This document shows positions 1-9,133 of a stretch of DNA of 64,000 nucleotides, piece by piece. The notes beneath the pieces were generated by a model. The model did not search any database. It saw nothing but the letters and a program-made list of their open reading frames with translations, and had not been told where the DNA came from. The position numbers and the translations under genes are program-made. The stretch comes from Bacteroidales bacterium (lineage in GTDB: Bacteria > Bacteroidota > Bacteroidia > Bacteroidales > GWA2-32-17): positions 871-64,870 of the forward strand of contig JAOADU010000033.1 in the NCBI GenBank assembly GCA_026417155.1. Reading direction: 5' to 3'. Within the stretch, counting starts at the first letter, position 1; each line of letters begins with the position of its first letter.

Positions 1-2
1 AA

Positions 3-1634
3 GATCCTACAGGAAATGCTCGCAAAAGTTGGGTAGCCTTTGAGAAAGAACTCGAACATCAAAAACTCCTAAAAAAATACTACACAGCAGTTAAAAAAGG
101 CTTATATGTTACCAATGTAGAAGCTAATAGTTACGTTGAAGAAGCATCGCAACAGAATAACATTCAAATGCTGCTCAAACGGTACAGTGATGTTAGCGAT
201 TCATTAATTAGCGTAACCGATAAAGATCTCGAAAATTTTTATAATGAACACTTATATCTTTTCGAACAAGAAGAATCGAGAGACATTGAATATATTGTAT
301 TTGATGTAGTTCCATCTCCTGCCGATATGCAAGCATTGCAACAAAAGATGATGGAAATAAAAGAACGTTTTGCAACTACTGAAAATACTGAAGAATTTGT
401 CAATCAAAACTCCGATGTTCCATATAGCGAACAATACTTTTCTAAAGGCGAACTGCCAAAGCAAATTGATAGTATTATTTTTGCTTCTCAGCCTGGTTTT
501 ATTTACGGACCTTACATTGAAAACAATCAGTATTACATAGCAAAGCTTATAGCATTCAAAAATATGCCCGACTCTGTGCATGCACGCCATATTTTAATCT
601 CACCAAATGAAAAACGTACAAAGGAACAAGCTAAAAAATTAGCAGATAGCTTAAAAATTTTACTCGATAAAAAAGCAGATTTTGCTACATTAGCGAAACA
701 ATATAGCGACGATAAAGGCTCCGCTCAAGAAGGTGGCGATTTAAAATGGTTCAAACGTGGCGTAATGGTTAAGCCTTTCGAAAAAGCTGCCTTTGAAGCT
801 AAAAAAGGAGAATTTGTTGTTGTTGAAAGCCAATTCGGATATCATATTATAGAAACATTAGAAAAATCGAAAGAAGTAAAAAAAGCAGAAGTTGCTTTTA
901 TACAATGGAAAATAGAACCCAGCTCTGCAACATATCAAACCGTACAAAATAAAGCATATCAGTTTGCCGGTTTGAACAATACTCCCGAAAAATTTGAAAA
1001 AGCCATAACAACCGAAGGCTTAAACAAACGCATTGCAAGTGGCTTACGTCCTACAGATAGAACTATAGCAGGCTTCGATCATGCTCGTGAAATTATTCGT
1101 TGGGCATACAAGGCTAAAAAAGGAGAAATATCACAACCATTCGACTTCCCCGATAAATTTGTTATAGCTCATCTAACCGAAGTTCGTGAAAAAGGATATG
1201 CACCTTTAGAACAAGTCCGTGAACAAGTTAAAAACTCTGTCATTAAAGAAAAGAAAGCTGAAAAATTCATTCAAGAGTTTAAAGCCAATATTTCCCTTGG
1301 CACATTACAAGGAATTTCTGCCAAAATGAACATTCCCGTGATGGACGCAAGTAATATCAATTTTGCTTCGTTTAGCATTCCAGGTGTTGGCATTGAACCT
1401 AAAGTTATTGCTGCAGCGGCAATTTTACCTGTCAATAAAATTTCTAATCCCATAAAAGGAAACAATGGTGTTTTCATCATCAATGTAACAGAGCGTAACA
1501 AGCAAAGCACCATTGATGTTAAACAAGCTCAATTGCAAATGACATACGACATTCAAGCAAGAGTAGATTATCAAGCATTTGAAGCACTTAAAAAACTAGC
1601 CAATATCGTCGACAACCGTATATTATTTTATTAA
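3..1634 (+). CDS. PpiD/SurA-like parvulin-type peptidyl-prolyl isomerase, 5' end cut by the window edge
   Basis: The frame stays open from nt 3 (no stop upstream of the track Met at 168). Parvulin signature HARHILI...GGDLKWF...GYHIIE. Followed by a terminator. Confidence 0.85.
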   Translation, partial: DPTGNARKSWVAFEKELEHQKLLKKYYTAVKKGLYVTNVEANSYVEEASQQNNIQMLLKRYSDVSDSLISVTDKDLENFYNEHLYLFEQEESRDIEYIVFDVVPSPADMQALQQKMMEIKERFATTENTEEFVNQNSDVPYSEQYFSKGELPKQIDSIIFASQPGFIYGPYIENNQYYIAKLIAFKNMPDSVHARHILISPNEKRTKEQAKKLADSLKILLDKKADFATLAKQYSDDKGSAQEGGDLKWFKRGVMVKPFEKAAFEAKKGEFVVVESQFGYHIIETLEKSKEVKKAEVAFIQWKIEPSSATYQTVQNKAYQFAGLNNTPEKFEKAITTEGLNKRIASGLRPTDRTIAGFDHAREIIRWAYKAKKGEISQPFDFPDKFVIAHLTEVREKGYAPLEQVREQVKNSVIKEKKAEKFIQEFKANISLGTLQGISAKMNIPVMDASNINFASFSIPGVGIEPKVIAAAAILPVNKISNPIKGNNGVFIINVTERNKQSTIDVKQAQLQMTYDIQARVDYQAFEALKKLANIVDNRILFY

Positions 1635-1640
1635 CAAATA

Positions 1641-1666
1641 AGCCGTTGAAAAACGGCTTTTTTTTT
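1641..1666 (+). terminator. Rho-independent terminator after the PPIase gene
   Basis: Stem agccgtt (1641-1647) pairs with aacggct (1652-1658) around a 4-nt loop gaaa, followed by 8 T. Confidence 0.8.
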
Positions 1667-2455
1667 ATGAAAATTGAACACATTACCAGTCCTAATAATA
1701 GTAAAGTAAAATTAATTCGCGAGCTTTATATACCCAAGGGCCGCAAAAAACATGGTTTATTTATTGCTGAAGGCATAAAAGAAATTTCCATGGCACATAT
1801 GTCGGGCTTTAATCTTCACTCAATATTTATTAACGAAAATTTTATTCATAAAAAAGATATTGAGCAATTCCCCTTCAAAAATTCAGTTTTTTACCAATTG
1901 GATACAAAATTGTTTTCAAAAATCTCATATCGCGAAGACACCGAAGGCATTATAGCTATTTTTGAAAGTAAATATACCCCATTAAATCAACTCAAGCTTT
2001 CAAGCAATCCATTTCTTATTATCCTAGAAGCTATTGAAAAACCCGGCAATTTAGGTGCAATATTGCGAACTGCCGATGCAGTTAAAGCTGATGCTGTAAT
2101 AGTTTGCAACCCTGTTATAGATTTGTATAACCCGAATGTAATTCGTTCGAGCTTAGGATGTATTTTTACTGTACCAGTCGCAATTTCTACAAATGAAGAA
2201 ACCCTAATTTTTTTAAAAACACAAAAAATAAACATTTTCGCAACAGCATTACAAAATTCTTCATTATATTATGAAGTTAATTTTAAAGAACCTACCGCAC
2301 TAGTTTTTGGTACCGAAGCTCACGGTTTAAGTCAATTTTGGAGAAAAGAAGCTACAGCGATTATTAGAATTCCTATGTTAGGAAAAATTGATTCGTTAAA
2401 TGTTTCCAATTCTGTGGCAGTACTTTGTTACGAAGTTTTACGTCAGCGAAGATAA
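1667..2455 (+). CDS. TrmH/SpoU-family RNA 2'-O-methyltransferase
   Basis: SpoU motifs: EKPGNLGAILRTADA, LVFGTEAHGL, IPMLGKIDSLNVS. The track start (TTG 1646) lies inside the upstream terminator, so ATG 1667 (MKIEHITS) is preferred. Confidence 0.88.
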   Translation: MKIEHITSPNNSKVKLIRELYIPKGRKKHGLFIAEGIKEISMAHMSGFNLHSIFINENFIHKKDIEQFPFKNSVFYQLDTKLFSKISYREDTEGIIAIFESKYTPLNQLKLSSNPFLIILEAIEKPGNLGAILRTADAVKADAVIVCNPVIDLYNPNVIRSSLGCIFTVPVAISTNEETLIFLKTQKINIFATALQNSSLYYEVNFKEPTALVFGTEAHGLSQFWRKEATAIIRIPMLGKIDSLNVSNSVAVLCYEVLRQRR

Positions 2456-2468
2456 TTGATAATTATTT

Positions 2469-2726
2469 CTACCAACTAAAATTCATTTCTTGCACTTCGA
2501 TACCGTATATCTCATCAAGTTCTTTTCTGAATTTTTTATATTCATCATTTTTGTCAATTACTTGCAACACAATAAAACCAATTCTGCTGCAAGTATATTC
2601 ACTTACTTCATGAAATCCTAATCGTGTACGAATTAAATGGGCATACTTAGTCAATACAGCTTGTGTATGATTCGCTTCTTTAATTCTATCTTTAATTAAA
2701 ATGCCTATAATTTTTATTTGTTCCAT
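2469..2726 (-). CDS. TM1266-family ACT-fold protein (putative iron-only hydrogenase system regulator)
   Basis: 85 aa, placed 10 nt downstream of hydG, the classic context for this family. About 45 percent identical by eye to the paralogue at 47871-48128 (shared LTKY..I.TR.G.HEVS..CS..G.I.L). Confidence 0.8.
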   Translation of the reverse strand: MEQIKIIGILIKDRIKEANHTQAVLTKYAHLIRTRLGFHEVSEYTCSRIGFIVLQVIDKNDEYKKFRKELDEIYGIEVQEMNFSW

Positions 2727-2736
2727 AGTTGTTCAT

Positions 2737-4170
2737 TTAAAAATAAAGATCCCTTTCGCCATTTTTTATTCTTTCTACTCGTCTTCTTAATTCTAATGTA
2801 TTCATATGCCCCTCGAGCTGTTGAATTTCTTTTTCAATAGCATTCCATCCTTTTATTTGCACATCGGGGGTTGCATAATCCATTAAATACTCAGCCAATG
2901 TTAGTATCGCATTCGGCGAACAATAACGTTTAATAAAACCAGGAACTGAAAATTCCATAAAGTGCTCACCCGTTCGTCCTTTTCTATAACATGCTGTACA
3001 AAACGAAGGTAAATAACCTTGATCGAGCAATTCGCTGATAATTTCGTTTAGTGAACGATCGTCGTTAATTTTAAATTGTTCGCGATTAAGGTCTTGTTCG
3101 CGATTTAATAATTTTGCTTTAGAATACCCACCCAATTCAATAATTGTTCCTCCGTCTATCTGACTAACTCCAAACTGCATAACTTCGCGACGAACATTAG
3201 CATTCTCTCGTGCTGTTAATATCAAACCTGTATAAGGCACGGCGAGCCTCAATATAGCAATTAACTTTGTAAAATCAGCATCCGATACCGTGTACTTATC
3301 GCCTACCGACAATCCTGATGCATCTTTTATTCGAGGAAATGAAATGGTATGTGGTCCTACATTATAGCATGCTTCAAGATGGTTTGTATGTCTAACAAGT
3401 GCTAAAACTTCAAATCGCCAATCGTATAATCCAAATAAGGCTCCTATCCCAACATCATCAACTCCTGCTTCTTGAGCCCTATCGAGAGCTGTAAGTCGCC
3501 ATTCGTAATCTTTTTTCTTTCCCCCTAAATGATACCACCGATATGCTTCGGGATGATAAGTTTCCTGAAATATTTGATACGTTCCAATACCTGCTTGTCC
3601 TATTGTTCGAAAGCCCTGAATGTCGAAAGGTGCCGCATTGATATTTACACGACGTATTTCTCCTTTTCCCTTTTTTACACTATAAACAAGTTTTACTGTA
3701 TGAGCAATATATTCGGCAGAATATTCTGGATGTTCACCATAAACTAAAATTAATCTCTTTTGTCCATTATCTTCTAATGCTTCAACTTCGCGAATAATTT
3801 CCTCGTCTGTTAAAGTTTTTCTTATAGCTTTTGTATTAGTTACCTTAAAACCGCAGTACTGACAATTGTTTGAACACTTATTTCCAATATAAAGCGGAGC
3901 AAATAAAACAATTCGGTTGCCATATACCTTTTCTTTCAATATTCGTGCTCCTTGCTTTATTTCTTCAATTAAATCGGGATCGGTTGTATTGACTAAAATT
4001 GCTGTTTCTTTTAGTGTCAGACGTTGTTTATCGAGCGATTTATTAATTACTTCTCTTACATTTTCTTTTGTTGGCTTTACTGTATTAATTAGCGACCAAA
4101 TTTCATCCGGATCAATAAATGGTTGCATTCGCTTATCTTCTATCGAGCACTTTTCTGGATTGAATTTCAT
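2737..4170 (-). CDS. hydG: [FeFe]-hydrogenase H-cluster radical-SAM maturase HydG
   Basis: 477 aa. Radical-SAM motif CSNNCQYC (CX3CX2C). C-terminal CTAC-x22-C (CX2CX22C) distinguishes HydG from ThiH. Confidence 0.93.
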   Translation of the reverse strand: MKFNPEKCSIEDKRMQPFIDPDEIWSLINTVKPTKENVREVINKSLDKQRLTLKETAILVNTTDPDLIEEIKQGARILKEKVYGNRIVLFAPLYIGNKCSNNCQYCGFKVTNTKAIRKTLTDEEIIREVEALEDNGQKRLILVYGEHPEYSAEYIAHTVKLVYSVKKGKGEIRRVNINAAPFDIQGFRTIGQAGIGTYQIFQETYHPEAYRWYHLGGKKKDYEWRLTALDRAQEAGVDDVGIGALFGLYDWRFEVLALVRHTNHLEACYNVGPHTISFPRIKDASGLSVGDKYTVSDADFTKLIAILRLAVPYTGLILTARENANVRREVMQFGVSQIDGGTIIELGGYSKAKLLNREQDLNREQFKINDDRSLNEIISELLDQGYLPSFCTACYRKGRTGEHFMEFSVPGFIKRYCSPNAILTLAEYLMDYATPDVQIKGWNAIEKEIQQLEGHMNTLELRRRVERIKNGERDLYF

Positions 4171-4240
4171 AATTATTTCAAAAATTTAAGTACAATATTA
4201 CTTAATTTCGGCATCATAAACAATGATTTTTGTTAGTTTT

Positions 4241-6115
4241 TTATACACATCGAATTCCTATCAATAAGATGTCGTCGACTTGAAAATAGTCTCCTTTCCA
4301 TTGTTCATGAGTTTTTTCGACTATCTTATACTGTTCATTCATAGGTAGATGACTTATAGAAATAAGTAATTCTTTTAACGCTTTATATTTGAATTTTTTC
4401 CCTTCAGGACCTCCAAATTGATCGGCATACCCATCAGAAAACATATAAAACACATCGCCTGTTTCGAACGAAATGGAATGTTTAGTAAAAGGTTTTAAAT
4501 CGTCGTACACTCCAATGGGCATTTTATCGCCTTTATATTCGGTAAGTTCTTTGTTTCGGACGTGGTATAACGGATTATTTGCTCCGGCAAATTCGACTGT
4601 CTTATTTTCAAAATCGAACAAACATAATACCATGTCCATGCCATCTTTTGTTTGATGGGCAGAACTTCCTTGATTAAGTGCGTTTATGATATTTTCTCTC
4701 AAATGGTTAAGAATAACCGCAGCATCCAAAGCATCTATTCTGTTAATTATTTCGTTTAAAAATGATATACCTAACAAACTCATAAATGCACCGGGTACAC
4801 CGTGACCCGTACAATCGGCAGCTGAAACAATAAGTTTATTTTTTCGGGAGGTAATAAAATAATAATCACCACTAACAATGTCGCGCGGACGATTGAAAAT
4901 AAAAAAATTTTCCCGTAATATTTCTTCTACAACTCTTATCGGTGGCAACACTGCTTGTTGTATGCGGCTGGCGTACCGTATGCTATCCATAATTTCTTGC
5001 TTTTGCAAAGCAATTTCGTCGCGTTGTAGCTCTATTTTTTCTTTCTGAGCTTTTATTTCATCGTTTTGACGAAGTATCTCAGCATTTTTTTGACTTAAAA
5101 TAATGTTTGCATGCTTTTTAATTTGATAATTTCTATAAATAAAAAATCCTAAGATTATCAGTAAAATTACTAAGCCAATAAACATGTATAAAATGAGTTG
5201 TTGCATGTGTATTTGTTCGAGTTGTTTGTTTAATATTTTTTTTTGCTCTGCGATCCGTTCGTTTTGTTTTTCTATTTCTTCTTTCTGATTTGATAAAATA
5301 ACTGACTTTTCGTTTATTTCCGCATTTTTTGCTTGTAATACTTTTTCTCGTTGTTCAAGTTCTTTCATTTTCTCAACAAGCAAAATTTTGTTGTATCGAA
5401 CTTGATTTAAAATATTGGTTAATAATAATTTTTGCTTTTCAATTTCTTTGATTTGCTCTTCGATTTCGCGTTGCTGCTTGGTTATAATTTGTTGCTGTTG
5501 CTCTATTTCGGCTCGTTGTTTCGCTAATAACTGATTTTGTTGTTCCACAATTTCTTTTTCTTTTTGTAGTGCCAAGTCGGTTTTTTTATACAGTTGTTCC
5601 CAATCGGCTTTAGATTTTACCGAACCTTCGATAAATAACTCTGTTAATTTATATCCGCATTCGGTTAGTTTAGACATGTTGAGTTCATATCGTCTGATGT
5701 TGTTTATGACAATAAAATTTATCATTGATTTATGAAATTCAAAATTTTCGGTAATCATTAATGTTGTACAGGTAATTTTTTTCTTTACTTTGTCAATATC
5801 ATAATCTTCATCATTTTTAAAAAAAATTATTTCACAACTTGTAATATCATCATACTTCGATGAACCATAAATCATTATGGGCTTCTTATGCAGTAATCCT
5901 AAATTAGATGCCGTTGTTTTCATTATTCTATTTAAAGCAGTGTCGCTCGTAAGTAAAAATATTCGAAAAGTGTCGATGGTTGATTCGTTAGGCCATGTTA
6001 CCTGCTTAGCGATATCGAATATATATCGTGCTCTCGAATAGTTATCAAATTTATTTTGCGAAAAAGTTACAACCGTTACAATAATCAATATAAATATGAG
6101 AATATGTTTTTTCAT
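4241..6115 (-). CDS. Membrane sensor SpoIIE/PP2C phosphatase with an N-terminal YfiR-like (DUF4154) domain
   Basis: Order: signal peptide; YfiR-like block (YIFDIAKQVTWP...CEIIFF...RRYELNMSKL); roughly 130-aa Q/E/K coiled coil; TM helix LILYMFIGLVILLIILGFFIY; SpoIIE domain (DCTGHGVPGAFMS, SDGYADQFGG, VDDILLIGI). Confidence 0.85.
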   Translation of the reverse strand: MKKHILIFILIIVTVVTFSQNKFDNYSRARYIFDIAKQVTWPNESTIDTFRIFLLTSDTALNRIMKTTASNLGLLHKKPIMIYGSSKYDDITSCEIIFFKNDEDYDIDKVKKKITCTTLMITENFEFHKSMINFIVINNIRRYELNMSKLTECGYKLTELFIEGSVKSKADWEQLYKKTDLALQKEKEIVEQQNQLLAKQRAEIEQQQQIITKQQREIEEQIKEIEKQKLLLTNILNQVRYNKILLVEKMKELEQREKVLQAKNAEINEKSVILSNQKEEIEKQNERIAEQKKILNKQLEQIHMQQLILYMFIGLVILLIILGFFIYRNYQIKKHANIILSQKNAEILRQNDEIKAQKEKIELQRDEIALQKQEIMDSIRYASRIQQAVLPPIRVVEEILRENFFIFNRPRDIVSGDYYFITSRKNKLIVSAADCTGHGVPGAFMSLLGISFLNEIINRIDALDAAVILNHLRENIINALNQGSSAHQTKDGMDMVLCLFDFENKTVEFAGANNPLYHVRNKELTEYKGDKMPIGVYDDLKPFTKHSISFETGDVFYMFSDGYADQFGGPEGKKFKYKALKELLISISHLPMNEQYKIVEKTHEQWKGDYFQVDDILLIGIRCV

Positions 6116-6161
6116 AAAAACTTTTTGTTTATACGAATAAATTGATAAAATGTTTGCATTA

Positions 6162-6863
6162 TTAATTCGATGTTAATGATTTGATAATTTTTCCTTTTTC
6201 GTCGAATTCGCGATAAAATATTAATTTCCCGTCATCGTATTCTCCTTCAAATTTCAATTTCCCAGAAGGATACCATCCTTTACTAATACCATGCTCTACA
6301 CCAAACATATATCTTTTCTCGAACATTAACTGACCGTTGGGATAAAATGCTTTCTCTACGCTATCTTTTACTCCAAAATTAAAATATCGTTCGAATTTAA
6401 CATTTCCTTTTTCGTCGTAATACATCCACAAGCCATTTTCTTTTCCTTTTACTACATTTCCTGTCCGTTCAATGCTACCATCTTCGTAAAAGTATGTCCA
6501 CTTGCCCATGGCATCGCCTTCTTCGTAATACCCCTTTGCTTTAACCATTCCCGAAGGAAAAAACCATATCCATGCCCCGTGTTCCAATCCGTCTTTAAAT
6601 TCGCCCGTAGATACCAGTATTCCGTTTTTATCGTAAAATCGTGATATTCCATTTTCCATTCCATTTTCGAACGACTTGCGAGCAATAATTTTCCCGTTTT
6701 CATTGCGTTCTATAAGCGTACCTGTAAAAGGTTCACGAGTTGACTTATCGTATATAATATCATTTTTTTCGTAAACTTGTGAAATCTCGGCTACTTGCGA
6801 ATAAACAAGTTCAATATTCAGCAATAAAATGAAAAACACACTATTTATACGTATTAATTCCAC
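6162..6863 (-). CDS. Secreted MORN-repeat-variant (YwqK-family) protein
   Basis: GTG start and signal peptide. Repeated G.W..(F/Y)Y.(N/D)G units typical of the MORN variant / YwqK family. Confidence 0.7.
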   Translation of the reverse strand: MELIRINSVFFILLLNIELVYSQVAEISQVYEKNDIIYDKSTREPFTGTLIERNENGKIIARKSFENGMENGISRFYDKNGILVSTGEFKDGLEHGAWIWFFPSGMVKAKGYYEEGDAMGKWTYFYEDGSIERTGNVVKGKENGLWMYYDEKGNVKFERYFNFGVKDSVEKAFYPNGQLMFEKRYMFGVEHGISKGWYPSGKLKFEGEYDDGKLIFYREFDEKGKIIKSLTSN

Positions 6864-6910
6864 AACTAAATATAAACCAAAGATAATGTAAAAGAAAAAT
6901 TGTGTGAATA

Positions 6911-7558
6911 TTAGTTAAAGAAATAATTAACAAAAAGAAACATGATAAACGAAAAAAGCATTCCCAACATGGCCCCCATATAAACTTCTTTCTCATTGTG
7001 CGAATATGAAATTAGTCTTGCAGTTATTGTCAATGCTGTGGCAAATACTATAAAGATGATCATTGAAAAAGGTGCCATAATATTGAAATAAATTTTGTAA
7101 AAAGCAATCATACCTATCATTGACCCTAAAGCATATAAATGAATACTTATTGTATGAAAAAAATATTGTATAAACAATAACATCAATAATATAAAGGGTA
7201 GTGCTCTAATAAATAGACCTATAAACTTTGGCAGATCAATATCCTTTAAAATTAATGAGAAAAACAAATAAAACAAAAACATAAAAAAAGAGACGGCTAT
7301 TCGATCTTGTTTTGTACTAAAAGACAATGATTTGATAATACGTAAATAATACATTAACAAGAATACCAATGCGGGTAAAAAAATGGTTACAATAAAAAAT
7401 AAAGCAATAAATAAAGTCAGAGCTTTGAAGTTGAAAATAAAATAATTAGAATACACATAAAAAATAAACAAAAGCGAATATAAAGGGACGAAAATAGGAT
7501 GAAATAAAATACTAATGATGGTAAAGAAATATTTTTCGAGCGACAATAAATGTTTCAT
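6911..7558 (-). CDS. Hypothetical polytopic membrane protein
   Basis: 215 aa, almost entirely hydrophobic helices. Lies 1 nt downstream of rpoN. No diagnostic motif recognised. Confidence 0.6.
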   Translation of the reverse strand: MKHLLSLEKYFFTIISILFHPIFVPLYSLLFIFYVYSNYFIFNFKALTLFIALFFIVTIFLPALVFLLMYYLRIIKSLSFSTKQDRIAVSFFMFLFYLFFSLILKDIDLPKFIGLFIRALPFILLMLLFIQYFFHTISIHLYALGSMIGMIAFYKIYFNIMAPFSMIIFIVFATALTITARLISYSHNEKEVYMGAMLGMLFSFIMFLFVNYFFN

Positions 7559-7559
7559 G

Positions 7560-9077
7560 TTATACTTCTTTTCTTAATCGTGCCACAGGTATTTTAAGTT
7601 GTTCACGATATTTGGCAACTGTTCTTCTTGCAACATTTAAGCCTTCTTTTTTTAATATTGCTGCAATTTCTTCGTCAGTAAGAGGATTTCGCTTATCTTC
7701 TTTTTCTATTAACTCTTGAATGCGATCCTTAACTTTATAGGTTGAAACTACTTCATCGTCATTAATTACAAGCGATTCGCTAAAAAATGTTTTAAGTGAA
7801 AATATCCCATATGGTGTTGATACATACTTATTACTAACAGCTCGTGAAATTGTGCTTATATCGAAACCCGTTATTTCGGAAATATTTTTGAGTATCATAG
7901 GTTTTAGCATTGTAATCTCGCCTGTTAGGAAAAATTCTCGTTGAAACTGAACAATTGCTTGCATGGTTGTAAGCAAGGTATTTTGCCTTTGCTGAATGGC
8001 TTCAATAAACCATTGAGCGTTTTCAATTTTTTGCTTCGCAAACTGAATTGCCTCATTATTTACCGATTTTTTCTTTTTTTTATTTTGCTCCAAAGTGCGA
8101 AGCATGTCCTGAAATGTTTTGCTTACACGCAACTCTGGATTATATTTTGAATTTAACGAAACTCTTATTTCTTTTTCATCTATTTCTACAATAAAATCAG
8201 GTATCACCTGATTTGCAGCTACATCGTATTGATTGGCATATGTACCACCAGGATTGGCACTTAAATGTTGTATTTCGTTTAATGCTGCTCTTAGGTCATC
8301 GTCGTTTAAACTGAGTTTTCTTTGTATTTTTTCGTAATGTTTTTTTAATAGCTCGTCGAAGCAACATTCTACTATCCGTAAAGCATCATTAATTGATTTT
8401 GTTTTTGTTTTTCTATTTAGTTGTATCGTTATGTTTTCTTTTAAGGTTCTTGCTCCAACTCCCGGTGGATCTAATGTTTGTACTTTTTTTAAAACTTTTT
8501 CTACTTCTTCTTTTGATACTTGTAAATTTAATGTAAACGCCAAATCATCGCTGATAGATTCTACATCGCGTTGTAAATATCCTTTGCTATCAATACATCC
8601 AATAATATAATCGGCAATTACTCGTTCAGTTTTATCTAAGTCGAGAAAACCAAGTTGATTTCGTAAATGTTCAACAAAAGTATCTTCTTGTGTAAATACT
8701 ACGTCTTGATAAGCATCATCGGGCGATTGATTATTTGATTGTGTTTTGTAATAAGGAATATCATCTCTTTCTTCTTCATCAATATAATCTTCGTAGCCAA
8801 ATTCATCGTCATTAGATGCTTCTTCCTTATCTTCGTCCGTCTCATTTTCTTCGTTTTCATCCTGATTTTCTGTAAAATCATCATCATCGTAAATATTCTC
8901 TTCGCTTTCTTCCTGTATTACTTCTATCGGACCTTCCTCTAATGCAGGATTCTCTTCCAATTCTTTTTTAATTCGTTGCTCAAGCTCTAAAATAGGAATT
9001 TCTAGTAATTTAATAAGTTGTATCTGTTGTGGCGATAATTTTTGTAATATTTTTTGCTGAAGGTTCTGATCAATCAT
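7560..9077 (-). CDS. rpoN: RNA polymerase sigma-54 factor
   Basis: N-terminal Q/L-rich region I, acidic region II, and the C-terminal RpoN box ARRTVAKYRE. Confidence 0.95.
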   Translation of the reverse strand: MIDQNLQQKILQKLSPQQIQLIKLLEIPILELEQRIKKELEENPALEEGPIEVIQEESEENIYDDDDFTENQDENEENETDEDKEEASNDDEFGYEDYIDEEERDDIPYYKTQSNNQSPDDAYQDVVFTQEDTFVEHLRNQLGFLDLDKTERVIADYIIGCIDSKGYLQRDVESISDDLAFTLNLQVSKEEVEKVLKKVQTLDPPGVGARTLKENITIQLNRKTKTKSINDALRIVECCFDELLKKHYEKIQRKLSLNDDDLRAALNEIQHLSANPGGTYANQYDVAANQVIPDFIVEIDEKEIRVSLNSKYNPELRVSKTFQDMLRTLEQNKKKKKSVNNEAIQFAKQKIENAQWFIEAIQQRQNTLLTTMQAIVQFQREFFLTGEITMLKPMILKNISEITGFDISTISRAVSNKYVSTPYGIFSLKTFFSESLVINDDEVVSTYKVKDRIQELIEKEDKRNPLTDEEIAAILKKEGLNVARRTVAKYREQLKIPVARLRKEV

Positions 9078-9133
9078 AATTTTTTATGGATTAAAACGTA
9101 TAAAATGCTAAAAAAGTTTCATTTTCTGATAAC

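Noticed and set aside
252-590. Many 60-144-aa ORFs in the track lie antisense to or nested within long conserved genes. Examples: 252-590, 1271-1513, 3529-3747, 24928-25362 (144 aa inside hydA), 40691-41020 (inside tpiA), 43116-43505, 51779-52093.
   Set aside because: Each lies entirely inside a gene with clear family motifs on the other strand or frame. Their sequences are low-complexity or Leu/Phe/Ile-rich shadows typical of AT-rich DNA, and none shows a recognisable motif.
1646-1666. N-terminal extensions offered by the ORF track: 1646, 12581, 35625-37409 start, 39332, 48612, 49237, 53892, 57642, 61722.
   Set aside because: The extensions start at TTG or GTG or overlap the upstream gene, a terminator or a predicted -7 promoter box. 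In each case an in-frame ATG gives a sensible N-terminus (a signal peptide or a conserved family start).
6162-6863. YwqK-family (MORN variant) protein as the antitoxin half of a toxin-antitoxin or polymorphic-toxin system.
   Set aside because: It carries a signal peptide, and there is no adjacent toxin-like gene (neighbours are a SpoIIE sensor and a membrane protein). The family name alone does not establish a TA module.
8074-8081. Homopolymer runs: T8 inside rpoN (encoding KKKKK) and A9T6 at 45486-45500, as possible phase-variation switches.
   Set aside because: Runs of this length are expected in a genome this AT-rich. The rpoN run encodes a lysine stretch in a variable linker, and nothing suggests slippage such as frameshifted copies.
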